Assembly: GCA_951406725.2 (NCBI GenBank)
Contig: OX597815.1
Span: forward strand, 27,528,001-27,592,000
Reading direction: 5' to 3'
Length of the DNA stretch: 64,000 nucleotides
DNA from: Octopus vulgaris
Taxonomy: Eukaryota
Shown here: piece by piece, positions 14,201 through 28,009 of the stretch
How the letters are laid out: every line of letters begins with the position of its first letter
How positions within the stretch are numbered: position 1 is the stretch's first letter
Program-made: the position numbers and the translations under genes
Notes under the pieces: generated by a model
Databases searched by the model: none
What the model was told of the DNA's origin: nothing
What the model saw: only the letters and a program-made list of their open reading frames with translations

Positions 14201-15004
14201 ATTATTGTTATCATCACCATCATTATCATCATCAAAAGAAACCATTATCCTCTTTCCCCAGTTCAAGAATCTAATACTAGAGCTTTCTACATTTTGGAGT
14301 AAATTACAAGTAATTTTGTGTCCTCAAGCCTTTTATGTTTATACCACTTCCTGCTTTATTCAGATCTCTTAGTATTTTGTTTCTAATTAAGTAGATTTTT
14401 GTTGTTTTTTCTTTTGTCTTTTGTTGTATTTTTCCCCCCTAATTTTTTAGGGTCATTCTGCTCTATATATTAGTTTACATTTTTGTTTAATCATTTAGTG
14501 ACCACATGTTTGTTAGAATCTTGATAAACTTTTTTTCTTGTTCTTTAACTAGTTTTCTCTCCAGATATTACAATATCATTTAGTTCACAGACACTTATTT
14601 TTTTTTTTACCAAGTCTTCTTTTCTTTATCTTATGATTGCATTGGACGGCAACATTCTCAAAGGATTTTGATGATCTAATATGCAACTGTACTTTGTTAA
14701 CACTACCTATCTTTATTTTGAGACTTCTTCATTTATAGTGCTCAGTGGACAATCATTGTGACAGTTATATCTTCTGTGAGAGATAGTTTTCTGCATAAAT
14801 AGGAAAAAAAAATTTGTTTTAAATTATTGCTTCCTACCTACAAATTTATACTGCATCACCAAATGCACTTCTGAAATGTGTGCAGCATGTTTTATGTAGA
14901 TGTGGAATTCTGTGTATGCTACATATATTTTGCCTTGTTGCAAGAGGGAGGATAATTTTTTTGTTGTTTTCAGTGTTCTGTGTGTTTATTATTATTATTA
15001 TTTA

Positions 15005-15615
15005 AGACAGCAAGCTTGTGCCTTCAGTAGAAAGGATTATTGTTAAGGCAGCAAGCTGGATGAAATTCTTAGCACTATTTTGTCCATCACTACATTCTGA
15101 GTTCAAATACTCTCAAAGTCGACTTTGCCTTTCATCCTTTCAGGGTCTATAAATTAAGTACCAGTGAAACACTGGGGTTGATGTAATCGACTAGTCCCCT
15201 CCACCAAAAAAATTTCAGGCCTTGTGCCTTTAGTAGAGAGGATTACTATTATTATTATTGCTGTTGTTGTTGTTGTTGAGCATATGGACAGAATACTTAA
15301 TGGCGTTTCATCTGTCTTTATGTTCTGAGTTCAAATACCATTGGTGTCGGCTTTGCCTTTCATCCTTTCAGGGTCAATAAAGAATTACCAGTCAGATACT
15401 GGGGTTGATGTAATCAACTAACTTCTACCCCTAAAATTTCAGACTTCATGCCTATAGTAGAAAGGCTGGTGGTAACAGTGGCAGTGGTGGTGGTAGTTTT
15501 GGAGAAATTTTTTAGAATGTTGGACAAAATGCCTTGCAGTATTTAGTTATAGCCTTTTACCTTCTGAGCTTGAATTCCTCCAAGGTCAGCTTTGCTTCCA
15601 TCCTTCTGGTGTCAG
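15005..15615 (+). mobile_element. Tandem cluster of SINE family C copies
   Basis: Three successive TTCTGAG...CTTTGCCTTTCATCCTT units near 15095, 15323 and 15562. Confidence 0.75.
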
Positions 15616-15659
15616 AAAATTTGAAAACATGCATCTATCTATTTACTCACATCTCTCTC

Positions 15660-17802
15660 ATCATCATCATCATCATCATCATTTAATGACCATCTTCCAT
15701 GCTGCATGGATAAGGCAGTTGACAGGAGTCAGCCAGGTAAAAAATCTACCCAAGGCTACTGTGTCTGTTTTGGCAGGGATTTTACAGCTGGATGCCCTTC
15801 CTAACACCAACCACTCTACAGAGTGGATTCAGTGCTTTTTACATGGCACTAACACATTTGAAGTTAGTTTTGACAAAATTTTTACAACTAGATGTTCTTC
15901 TAAACACTAACTACATTACAGTGTGGACTGGATGCTTTAAACGTGGCACCAGCACTGGCAAGGTAACCAAGTACAAACCAACTCACAAAACAAGGAATTA
16001 TGAGAGGGGCAGGGCATTTGTGTTTGAAGATGAAAGAGTGTGATAAAAACAGAGAGACAGAAGCAGGTGGTTTGCCACAACAGAGGGGGCATTAGAGGAG
16101 GTGATCCAGTATCAAATGATGAAAGGTTAGAGTGTAACAGAGAAATAGAGAGACAGAAATAGGTGTCTTGCTATAGAGGAGGTATATGGTTACCCAGTGA
16201 GAGAAAGGTACAGAAAGAGGTCAGAAACAAGTGTGCTGATGTAAAGGTGATACTTGGTTACCTAGTTAGAGAAAAAACAAGAGGAGAGAGAGAGAGTGGC
16301 CAAAGGGAAAGAGAGAAAGTAGGAAATAGTAAAAGTATAAGAGTATTTCTTTATTTCACCATAAGGTTGAGAAAAAGAGGGGACAAAACAAACGTTGGGG
16401 TCAGGGTATCGAATGAGACTGGGACAAAACGTATGAATAAACAAACAATTAAAATATATATACAATTAAATGAGAATGAGTGAATAACAAAAGAGAGAGC
16501 AGAAAAGAGATGGTGTAGTGCTAGGGTATACTTACAAGTAACAAAAATATGAGTGTAGAACTTGGTTAGAAAAATAGGGAGTAGATGTGGTGGTGGGAGA
16601 AGCAGTGGTATAGTGAGCACAGCAGTGAGAGCAAGAAAGGGGATTGGAAAACAATCATAAAGTATGAGGAGAAATATGCAATTAGAAGAGGAGTTGTTGT
16701 TTGATTTCTTAGGGTAGAGTGGGTGAAAAGTGTGTTGTTACATGTGGGTGGGACACAACTCTTCTAGCACTCAGTTTCATGAACGAGTCTTCCCTAGGAC
16801 CTCATATCACCAAACATCTCAGTCTACTGTCATTTCCTCCGTGAGCCCCAACATCCTAAGATCAGTCCTCACTACTTCATCCCATGTCTTCCTGGGTCTC
16901 TCTCTTCCACAGGTACTTCTGTATGCAGCTGTCTTCACTCATATGCATCACATGTCCAGATCAACACAGTCTCCTCTCCTGCATAAATAATCTCTCTTAT
17001 GGCTATTTTTTCTCAGTTGTGCTTTGGCTATTTTTTCACAGTTGTGCTTTGGCTATTTTTTCACAGTTGTGCTTTGTCGGTCATGCACACTGATATTGCA
17101 GATCCAACAGAGCATACTACCTTCATTCCTCTCTGGCCTACACATATCCTCCACAGTCAGAGCCCATATCTCACTACCATGTAACATAGCTGTTCTCACA
17201 CAAGTATCATACAACCTACCTTTCACTCTCAGAGAGAGTCCTTTTGCTACCAAGAGAGGTAGTAGTTCTTTGAACTTCCTCCACCCTATTCTTATTCTAG
17301 AAACAATACTTTCAGAGCATCCACCACTGCTACTAATTTGGTCACCTAAATAGCAGAAACTATCTACAACCTCAAAAGAGCCTCCTGCGCATTTGAGAGA
17401 GTTTAAGTCCCTCGTGCTCTTAGTACTTACTGTTGCTGCACATCTATCACACACAAAAGCAACTTTATCTGATAATCATCCCACGATTCCACTGCATTTC
17501 TTATGCATTCCATAGGTTACACTCGGTGCAGCAAATGGAATTACATCCCACTTCTTTCATACATATTGAACATGGCCATTTGCCAGCCGGAATGAGAGTC
17601 TTATCTCCTTTCTACTAACAACAACTTTAGTCTTAGCTAAGTTAACTTTAAGGCCCTTTGATTCCAGGTTTTGCCTCCAAACCCTGAACTTGTTCTCCAA
17701 TTCTGCTTCAGATTCTGTAATAAGAACAACATCATCAGCTTATAGTAGTTCCCATGGGCATCCAGTTTTAATTCATCTGGTATGACCTGGAGAACTATGA
17801 TA
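15660..17802 (-). mobile_element. 5'-truncated, decayed RTE-type LINE (RT C-terminal half, long 3' UTR, (GAT)n tail)
   Basis: Minus strand reads KTGCPWELL*ADDVVLI (YADD disrupted), GLKVNLAKTK, a Cys-rich WPCSIC segment, FCYLG and LHGSEIW; stops and frameshifts. The 3' UTR resembles 61480-62330. Confidence 0.85.
17000..17075. repeat. 25-bp tandem repeat x3 inside the LINE
   Basis: TGGCTATTTTTTCWCAGTTGTGCTT three times. Confidence 0.95.
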
Positions 17803-18032
17803 GATAAAAAATAAATATAAGTGTGAATAATTATATACATATCATGTGATGAATATGCATATATTTATTTGTTTGTAGTGTGTATACATATATCTGTGTT
17901 TATGGATATGTATTCATACACATTTGCATGTATACATATGTCTTTGTATTCATGCATGTGTATACATATGTATAATATATATATATATGTGTGTGTATAT
18001 ATGTATGTGTATATATACACATACACACACAT

Positions 18033-18063
<31 letters not shown>

Positions 18064-18196
18064 AGTTCAGTAAAAATTTAGATTCAGAAGAATATGGTAC
18101 TTAAGTTGAAGGCACCAGAATTTAGTATGGTATTAGCCATACAATTTAAAATAAGGTGATTATAATCAAAATAAGCAACAAGGATATCCAGAGGTA

Positions 18197-18285
18197 ATGC
18201 AGTACGATCGTTTCATGCGACTCCATTTAATTGAACAATGCAATCATTACATCAATTTAAAATGTAGAGCAATCTTCAGCTGCAC
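18197..18285 (-). ncRNA. Type I hammerhead ribozyme (Penelope-type) with intact core
   Basis: Minus strand: GTGCAG (stem I) CTGAAGA [long imperfect stem II] GAAA CGATCG TA / CTGCAT (stem I'); palindromic stem III ACGATCGT, GUA cleavage triplet. Confidence 0.8.
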
Positions 18286-18554
18286 AAAAATATAGGATTT
18301 AATTGAATTCAAAGGACTCATTAGTATAATTTTATTCAAAATCTCCAAGAGAATAAGGAGATAGACAAAGAACATGTTTTACCAACAACATCACAGTTGT
18401 AACTGAGATTTTTCACAAAATGACACTGCTTATCACTGATTATTTCTGTTATTTAGATTTAATTATTGGGGGGGGGGTCAGTTTTAATTTATAGGCTAGT
18501 TTATCAACTCTGAAAGAAGACAGAGTAGTATCAGTTTGATACTACCCTCTGTCT

Positions 18555-18612
<58 letters not shown>

Positions 18613-18663
18613 CATACATATACACACACACACATATATATTTATATATATATATATACATAC

Positions 18664-18718
<55 letters not shown>

Positions 18719-20077
18719 TTTGGCGTTAGGAAGGGCATCCAGTCGTAGAAACATTGCCAGATCAAACTGGTCCTGGTGCAGCCTTCTGGCTTCCCAGACC
18801 CCAGTTGAACCGTCCAATCCATGCTAGCATGGAAAGCGGACACTAAACGATGATGATGATGATATACATATACACACACAAATATATATACATATACACA
18901 CAAATATATATACATATACACACACATACATACATACATACATACACACACACAAACACACACACACACAATCATAATTTTATGGTTGTTTTCATAAGCT
19001 TATATGAGTTGGACAACTTTTTTCCAACACAGCATCTTATCACATGTTGCAATGCTTTGTCATCCAGCTTCCCAAGATCAGACTTCACCTCTTCTTCCCA
19101 TGTCTCTTCCTCATCTTCCTCTTCTCCAAAGGTTCCTTCTACTTGGATCACATCTTTCTTTCTTTCTTCTCCTTCTTTTTGCTATCCAACTGTTATCCTC
19201 CATATGCATAACATCTCCCTATCAGCACCGTCCTCCTCTCTTCTTGCACATTACATTTGATTGCTCTCATACCCTTTTTTTATTTTCCCTTCAGTCAGCT
19301 TTTCTGTGCCTTGTCATTTGTGCACACTAAAATTACGCATCTAGCTGAGCATGCTTATCTTGTTTCTTTCCAGCTTTTGCACATTATCTGCATTCAATAC
19401 TGATGTTTCACTACCATGCAATATCACACACTTTGCACGACCATCTACCCTTCACTCCAAAAGAATACACCTGTATGTATCCACATACTCACGCTCACAT
19501 GTATACCGATCCCTGAACTTTTTCTCTTCAATTTTCTTCTTATATAACATGTACTTATGACTATGAGTGTACGTATGTACATGTATACATGCATGTGTAT
19601 CATCACCATCATCATCATTTAATGTCCATTTTCCTTGCTGGATTGGGTTGGATGATGAAGTGGCCATTAAATGATGATGATGATTATTAGCCTTAGGATT
19701 GAGCCAGGCTCCATTATCTGATTTGGCACAGTTTCTATGGCAGGATATCTATCCTAACGCCAACCATTTTAAAGAGCGTATGCATGTGTATATACATGTG
19801 TTTGTGTGTGCTGGCATAAGTGTTTGTGTTTGAATGCAGGTATGGCTAAGTGGTTAAGGTCACTTTGAAATCCTGAAGCTCCAAGTTCAATCCTGCACCA
19901 TGGTGTCTTGTGCAAACATCTTTCACCATACTTTTGGATCTTTCTTTACAAGTTGAGTGAAAATGGATTTGCAAAAACCGTGGCAACTTGTCACATGAAC
20001 TTTGTCTGTAATTCAAAGGGTCAGCCTTGTCACATATATGTGTATTTATACATATGTATATATACACATATATATAT

Positions 20078-21314
20078 ATGGTCATCCCATAAGTTCTGTC
20101 CGATTTTACCTTTTTTAAAATTGAATGAAATTTAATAGTATTTTAGAATGTCTAATGGAATTAAAAATTATTTTTATGCATTTGTGTACATTTAAACTAA
20201 TTAAATATTTTTTTACAGAATAATATCATTAAAACTTCTTTGATTAAAACCCTTTATAACATGGAAATATTCAAAGAGCATTTAAGGCACATAATACTTT
20301 ATGAGTACAAAAAAGGAAACTCTGCAGCTGTTTATGGGAAAGAATGCTTGAATGAAAGAACTTGCAGAAGATGGTTTGCAAAATTCAGAAGTGGAGATTT
20401 CAGTCTTGAAGATGAAGATTGAACAGGACGTCCAGTTGAGTTTGATGATAAGCTCCTTGAGGCATTACTTGAAGAAAATCCTGCATTATCAGTTGAAGAA
20501 TTGACAATAAAGCTGTCATCTTCAACATCTTGGAAAGGTTCCTAAACTTGGAAAATGGGTGCCTCATGAATTGTCCGAAAGCAACTGCAAATCCCGAATT
20601 GATATCTGCTCTTCTCTCCATTCTCGCAAACTCATTTCACCCTTTTTGGATAGACTTGTGACTGGTGATGAAAAATGGATCTTCTATTGAAATATTAAAC
20701 ATCGTAAACAGTGGCTTGGTAAAAGGGAAAAAGCTCAACCACAACCTAGAAGGGAACTTCATGGAAAAAAGGTTCTTCTCTCTATCTGGTGGGATTGCAA
20801 AGGAGTAATTTGCTTTGAATTGTCACCACCTAATGCAACAATCAATGCTCAAGTCTAATGTCTGCAATTAGAGTGTTTGAACCAAGCTTTGAAGAAAAAA
20901 AGACACGCTTTAGTGAATCGAAAAGGAGTGATGTTTCATTAGGACAATGCACGACCCCACACTGGAAAGATTACATCACAGAAGATCGAAGAACTTGGAT
21001 GGGAAAAAATTCCTCATTCACCTTATTCTCCCAACTTTGCTCCTTCAGACTACTATTTGTTTCATAGTTTACAGAATCATTTGGGGGACACAACTTTCGC
21101 AAGCCAGGAGGAGGTCAAAACTGTCGTTTCAGAGTTCTTCGCTTTGAAACCAAAAGTGATTTACATTGATGGGATTAAAAAGCTTGTAAATAGATGGAAG
21201 GAAGTCATAGATAATCAGGGAAAGTACATCGATGAGTAAATTTCAATTAAATATAACATTTGATCACTTGTTTTCTTTATTCAAAATTCGGACAGAACTT
21301 ATGGGATGACCTGA
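20078..21314 (+). mobile_element. Full-length mariner DNA transposon (decayed)
   Basis: ~30-bp TIRs GGTCATCCCATAAGTTCTGTCCGA at both ends, TA-rich flanks, ~1.24 kb long. Confidence 0.95.
20261..21239 (+). pseudogene. Mariner (DD34D-type) transposase pseudogene
   Basis: RRWFAKFRSG HTH region, WVPHEL, VTGDEKW, H*DNARPH and PYSPNFAPSDY motifs; several in-frame stops and deletions. Confidence 0.95.
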
Positions 21315-22457
21315 TATATATGTATATATGCGTATGTATGAGTGTTTAAAAATGTGTGTGTATATATATGTGTGTTTGAGAGGGAGACATACAGAGAGGC
21401 ATATGTGTAAATATGTGAATTTATATGCATGTGTGAGTGTGTATGTATATATGTATACATAAATATAAAATTAATGTCTAGTTAACCTATTTGAATTTAG
21501 TATGATATTAACTTAGGTTGTAATGCTGATAATTTGTGAATCCTAATCAGCAATCTAATTTTGATTAATGAATATAATTATTTCCTTTCATGTACTCCAT
21601 TAATACCATTAGGATGGGCATAGATTTCATGCTCCTGCCCCTTTTACTTGGAAATCATTTGGAATTACAACTTAATGCCTTCACAAGATGACAAATGTCA
21701 ACTTTTGTAGTATTTAATACAAGTATGTAGATCTGAAATCATATACAAAGTTTGATACATATGTAACTAGTCACTTATACACAGTTGTTGAATGGCATAT
21801 CCATCCATCAAACCAACCAACATAGTGATAAACAGTTATTGGGTAATTATTGATAATTAATGATGTTTAATACGGACACAAGGTTTACAAATCATCAGCC
21901 TGGAGCTTATTTTATTAGCTCCTTAAGGATGAAATATTGATTTCAGTGCAATTTGAACTTGGAATGTAAAGAGAGATAATTAAACCCCACAATGTCAGTT
22001 TTGTTGGTTGCTCTACTGGTTTTATGTTTCTAACATGGACAAACATGAACTAGACATGATCCTCCCAGTTTAACCCTTTTGCTACCATATTTCTGTTGAA
22101 ATATGCTGTCTTTATTTCAGATAATTTTGAAAATAATTGAAACCTTAGTATGATAACTATGTAATTATTAAAGGAAAGCTTTTAATTTAGACCTCTTTAA
22201 AACAGAAAGTTTGTAACGTAAAATTCAGGTTGATCACAGGCAGTTTTGTACTGGAAATGTTAAAAAGGCAAATAACTGACTCCAAGCCATGGCTGAATGG
22301 AAAATGAATATAAAAATTGACATCAAACTGAAAAATTACTCGGTAGTTTTTGTAGGATACATATTTATGATACTTTTGCAAGAAGAGGGGTGACAGTGCA
22401 GTGAATTCAAAGTTTTGACATGCTAGCTTTTGTTGTTGTTTGCACGTGTGTGTATGT

Positions 22458-22910
22458 ATCATCATCATCATCATCGTTTAACGTCCGTTCTCCATGCTAG
22501 CATGGGTTGGACGGTTCGACCGGGGATCTGGGAAGCCAGAAGGCTGCACCAGGCTCCGGTCTTATCTGGCAATGTTTCTACAGCTGGATGCCCTTCCTAA
22601 CGCCAACCACTCTGTGAGTGTAGTGGGTGCTTTTTACGTGCCACCTGCACTGGAGCCAGGCGAGGCTCGCATCGGCCACGGTCGGATTGGTGCATTTTAC
22701 GTGCCACCTGCACGGAAGCCAGTGAAGGCGGCACTGGCTTCGGCCACGATTCGGATGGTGCTTTTTACGTGCCACCGGCACGGAAGCCAGTCAAGGTGGC
22801 GCTGGCATCGGTCACGATTCGGATAGTGCTTTTTACATACCACCAGTCCAGGGGTCCTGGCATCTGCCGGGTGCCAGTCATAGGATTGGTTCAATTTCAA
22901 TTCCGATTTT
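22458..22910 (-). mobile_element. Retroposon family B with four internal sub-repeats
   Basis: (CAT)n end and repeated GTGCTTTTTACGTGCCACC units. Confidence 0.85.
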
Positions 22911-23504
22911 CTAATAAATAATAAAACGGGAAAATGGAAATTTTTTTACCTTAATTATTCTCCATCATACATGTTTCACTTGCTAATAGGAATTACAAAG
23001 ACTTACATGTTCGATAGACATGTAAGGAATTTTCCATTCCTTCATTGGATTTGATAGGACTGAACCCAAAGCCACATGGTTGCAAAATGAGTTTGCAACA
23101 ACTTTTTTTTTTTATGCAAATTTCTTTTTTCACTTTACAAGGTTTAACTTGGGTGTAGGGGGGGGGGGACATTAACAGATGTCAAGAATGTAACAGAAAT
23201 GAATACAAACATCCAGAACTTTAGTGGGTGGGTGGCATGGCAAGGCTAATAGCACTGTTTCAATCTCTGCTGCAAATAGTTGGTTACTTATCAAGTGATG
23301 TCTTTAAATGTCAGGAATAGTTTGATTTTGACATGGAATTGGATCAGCAAGACCTTTTAAGATGGATACAAAGTTGAATCCTGTTATTATCAAGGATGGA
23401 CAAACTGGTAACTAAAGAACAAATTATATCCATTTTCAAATCAGCTAACTCATCACCATCATCATCATCATCATTTCCAACATCATCATTATTATCATCC
23501 TTAC

Positions 23505-23544
<40 letters not shown>

Positions 23545-24240
23545 CTTATTCTCTTCCTCATAAATATCAACTCTCATAAATATCATTCTCTCTCACAGAT
23601 ATCATTTACTCGTTCATTTATTCACTTCCTCATTCTTTCACTTGTTCATTCATTCAATCTCTCATTCATTCACTTATTCTCACTCACTCCCTCAGGCATT
23701 CACATGCTCACTCATTCAGCTACTCACATTGTGTGTGTGTGTGTGTGTGTGTGTGTATGCATACACATTCAAAAATTCTGAGATGTTATTTCATTTGATA
23801 AAATTCCATAATTTTTTGGCAATCGAATAACAGGCACCATAGCAAAATATGATACTTAAAATATTACACACACTTAAATATAATTATTTGTGAACACACA
23901 CTCCACAGACCTGTATCAAATTGGGAGCCTCTTATGGTTGCATGACTGGTTAGAAATAGCAGCCAGTCCTCCTTTCATTTCATATTGCTCTTGTCTATTT
24001 GATTGAAATTAGTACCAGCCAAGTACTGGTTCAGCTCTCTCCAATTTGCTGATCTTTCTCAGATTTTAAGTGGATGGGCTGCGAGAGCATCTATATCTGC
24101 TAGCAACTCAATAACTACCAGAAAAACATTTAGTAGATGCATGATACCTGCTGCCAAGTCATATGATAAATTTCATCACCACAGTCATACCAGTACTCAT
24201 AGTTGGGCTTTTTAAAGGATTATTTTAGTTTTGTTAAATA

Positions 24241-24590
24241 GGCGTAGGAGTGGCTGTGTGGTAAATAACTTGCTTATGAACCACATGGCTCCGGGTTCAG
24301 TCCCACTGCATGGCACCTTGGGCAAGTGTCTTCTACTATAGCCTCAGGCCGACCAAAGCCTTGTGAGTGGATTTGGTAGACGGAAACTGAAAGAAGCCTG
24401 TCGTATATATGTATGTGTATGTTTGTGTGTCTGTGTTTACGTCCCCGTAACTTAGCAGTTCGGCAAAAGAGACCGATAGAATAAGTACTAGGCTTACAAA
24501 GAATAAGTCCTGGGGTCGATTTGCTCGACTAAAAAGGTGGTGCTCCAGCATGGCCACAGTCAAATGACTGAAACAAGTAAAAGAGAGTAA
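24241..24590 (+). mobile_element. SINE family A
   Basis: Head GGCGTAGGAGTGGCTGTGTGGT (A-box-like) and GGTTCAGTCCC (B-box-like). Confidence 0.9.
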
Positions 24591-24593
24591 GGT

Positions 24594-25043
24594 TTAACAC
24601 TAACATTTAAACTGGCCATATTGGGTCCAAATATTCTATCTGTTTTATGTTTAACCCTTTAGCATTTAAACCAGCCCTATCCACCTATAATTATTCTGCC
24701 TGTTTTATGTTCAAACTGGCCATATCTGGTCTCTCACACCAACCCTACAATATCGTTTTAAAAATTAACAGCTACCTCATCAAAATCTCATAGCTACAAG
24801 ATAATGCATGATTAATTCAAAACAACGTGGATAATTAAGCATTAATTTTAGCAGAATAATGCAAACACTAAAAAGTTAAACCAATCAGATCTTGCCTCAT
24901 ACACCTATCCTACAATATCATTTTAACAACAAGCATCACATCATCAAAATCTCGAAGTTGCAAGATAATGCAAGATTAATTCCAAACAATGTGACTAAAT
25001 AAGCATTACATTTGATTTCATGATCTGAATGCTAAAGGATTAA
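24594..25043. mobile_element. piggyBac-like (TTAA) MITE containing a nested copy of the same family (24651-24879)
   Basis: TTAA-bounded ends with CCCTTTAGCATT / AATGCTAAAGG-type termini; homologous copies at 36500-36708 and 39136-39705. Confidence 0.75.
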
Positions 25044-25975
25044 ATCTATTTCAGGGTTGTTCTAGAAGTAGAACTTAGATTGTGGAAAACACTTATAGAT
25101 CATAACTGTAAATGTTGGGGCTAAAAAGAGGAGAAACTACAGAATCACATGACATGAATGCACAATGATATATTGCACTTCCATCAAATAGAAAGCTAGA
25201 AACCAAAACACTGGTATTTATACAATAGGATGAAGATGGAGTCACTGTGGCTTGCACAGGTCTGTAAATTTAACCATTGGAATGTATTGTTGCCAGAACT
25301 ATTTTACAGCTTTGAAGCTTAAGTACTCCAGATATAGGGGGAAAATGTATGTTTAAATTTGATATACTAACACTATTTAAGTAGTGTGTTTTAAAGGAAG
25401 CATTGTAAGATCAACCTCCATTTTCACTTGATAAAGAGCTTTTGAGCCCGAAATATTAATATATAAAGTAAAAATGTAAGCATTTTTTTTTTGTTATTGT
25501 TTACATTGTTTTGTATTATTTATTTCCAGTTTACAATGTACTGGCTTTGTACAATTTTAACTCCTATTAAAGTAATTTGTTTTGCTTCAAAAGTAAATTG
25601 TAAGGATCCAATGTGCTCCATCAAGTGTGAGGTAGTTCTAAATAATAACACCAGCAATGATGTGGAGAATTTGAACTCCTGACCTTTTGTATCAATTGAC
25701 CAATGTATTTATCATTCAGCCATTAGTGAATTCTAAATATTTAATGATGTCTATTTCTAAGAAGAAAAGCAAAATTATCTCTTCATACTTACTTCCATTA
25801 GGAAAAGCTAAACTTCTCCCAATTGATGTTAAAACATTAGTGTGTGTATATCTGTCTGGTTATTTGTGGGTGTGTAAAGTGTGTGTTGCTTGAATGTGAT
25901 GCAAATTCTTTAAACAGGAGACTACTCAATATTTGTAAGAGTGTGAATTTAAAATTTCAAGTATTACCAAGTCAT

Positions 25976-26021
<46 letters not shown>

Positions 26022-27035
26022 TTCTCTCTTGCACACACTCATGCACAAGAATGCATCATGTTGAGAAAGAAATTGCTGATATTTGTTTTTTCCATTTTCT
26101 CTATCAATTATATTACCTTGGCTTCTGTTGAGAGAACATTGACAAATTTCTATGCTATCTTGGAAAATAATGTTTGATTTATTTGCTTTTTTTTTTTTTT
26201 TTCTTGCACCCCCCTCTTTATATTAATTCCACTAAGCTGCTTTTAATAATATTCTCCTATTTACTCTTCTTCGAAGAGATTATAATACTAAATATTTTCA
26301 TGTCAGATTAGAGTAAGACTTACATATATTGAAAGGATTCCTCTAATTTCTTGAATAACTTATTTTACTTTGTCTTAATATTTCTAAAATTATTTTCATT
26401 CTTTTTTTTTTTTTTTTTGGTATCCTCTCAGAAGCTTTTGCTTCCATTTGTCATAATTTGCTACTCTAAATGGTAACAAGAGTAGACTTAGTATCTATCA
26501 AGGAGAAAGAAAACTAAAAAAAAAAAAAGAAAAAAAAATCATATCAATAGTTATTGATATATTATTTACTAGTTTTGGGGGTTAGTTTTTTTTTTTTTTT
26601 GTTTTTTGTTTTTTATTAAGTCTTTCAAAAATTTCTATCAAATAATACGCATCTACAGAAATCTGTAAATTGATTTATCTCTTTAGGCTGATGCACTCCT
26701 ATTCTGTTCCATTGCCAAGAGTTCTGTGTTATTAAGGTCATTATTTGCCATTTGCAGAAAGTTTGCTATCTACATACTATCTCTAGGAGCACAGGGCTAG
26801 TTGTAATCACTGCAGAGAAAACATACATTTTCATGTGAGCCTACATTGTGAAACTTATTTATTTTTAAGCTATACTCATAGAAAAAATTTCCTCTCAACA
26901 CTGCAATATATTAACATAATAATTATACAACGCTGCTGGTAATTAGTAACTTTAGTGAAATATATTTCAAAATGCTACTTATTTGTAACTGCATTTGAAG
27001 GCACATGGCCTAGTGGTTAGTATGATACACTCACA

Positions 27036-27211
27036 ACATTTCTGAAGAAAAAAAGATACCCTTCCCCCACCCCTAACCCTAACTAACCCCAACTCTAACC
27101 CTAACCCTAAAATAGATTGAAATGCAATAGATCGATATTAGGGTCATAATTATGGGTGACAATTTCATATGACACCGCTAGAAAAAACTGCCGTTCAAAT
27201 CGAAAAGATCC
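27036..27211 (-). mobile_element. Truncated GGATC-TIR MITE with CCCTAA repeats
   Basis: Reverse complement of the left part of 53954-54373. Confidence 0.9.
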
Positions 27212-28009
27212 CCTTAACAACTTAGTTATGCAACTACACTCATCAAAGCGTCAATTAATTTCCAAAGTTTTGTGGCTGTAAATAAAGTAATACAATAGAC
27301 ATTACACAAGATGTCTAGAAAAATCAGGAATTGAGGTGAAATCAATCATTCTGTACAAAATATATACAAGTCAGTTATTATTGTCACACTTGTAACTTTT
27401 TTGTTGAATTCCCCACAGATAATTGTTAATATTCTAGCATCTCATTCTTTTCAGACATGACACTAAATATATTTCAGAACATCAGTGTGCTAAATCCTCA
27501 CAGTGAGAATTCTATCACTTCAACTAGCCAACTATTGAGTGTTATATTAAATGTAACTGAATGTTATATTATATATAAGGTATTTGGAAAAAAAAAAAAA
27601 ATGTTTCACAGTGTATCGGTTTACACAGGAGAATTCTAACAGACTGAGTTGACAAGACACTGGCTCCATGATTGAAAGGTTGACAGTTCATATCCTGTCA
27701 TCATCAGTACTGTTTCATCCCTGGCATAAATATTTAACAATGGCTTAGTAAACCTGTCTTTTATATTTCACTTGTGTCAATCACTGGACTGTGGCTATGC
27801 CGGGGAATCAGGGAATCGCCTTGAAGGGTTTAGTCAAACAAGTCAACCCCAGTACTTGATTTTAAACCTGGTACTTATTCTATCGGTCTCCTTTTGCTGA
27901 GCCGCTAAGTTATGGGGATGTAATCAAACCAACACTGGTAATCAAATGGTGGTTGTGGATAAACACAAAAACATTCATACACATACACACACACATATAT
28001 CTCTTTATA

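Noticed and set aside
21960-21972. TGGAATGTAAAGA matching the 5' part of miR-1
   Set aside because: Diverges after 13 nt, no precursor hairpin seen, and it lies in a decayed family C SINE remnant.
24241-24315. tRNA gene
   Set aside because: A/B boxes are present but it is a SINE head joined to the SINE body; no convincing cloverleaf.
27071-27110. Interstitial telomere or chromosome fusion scar
   Set aside because: Only a few degenerate units, internal to a MITE.
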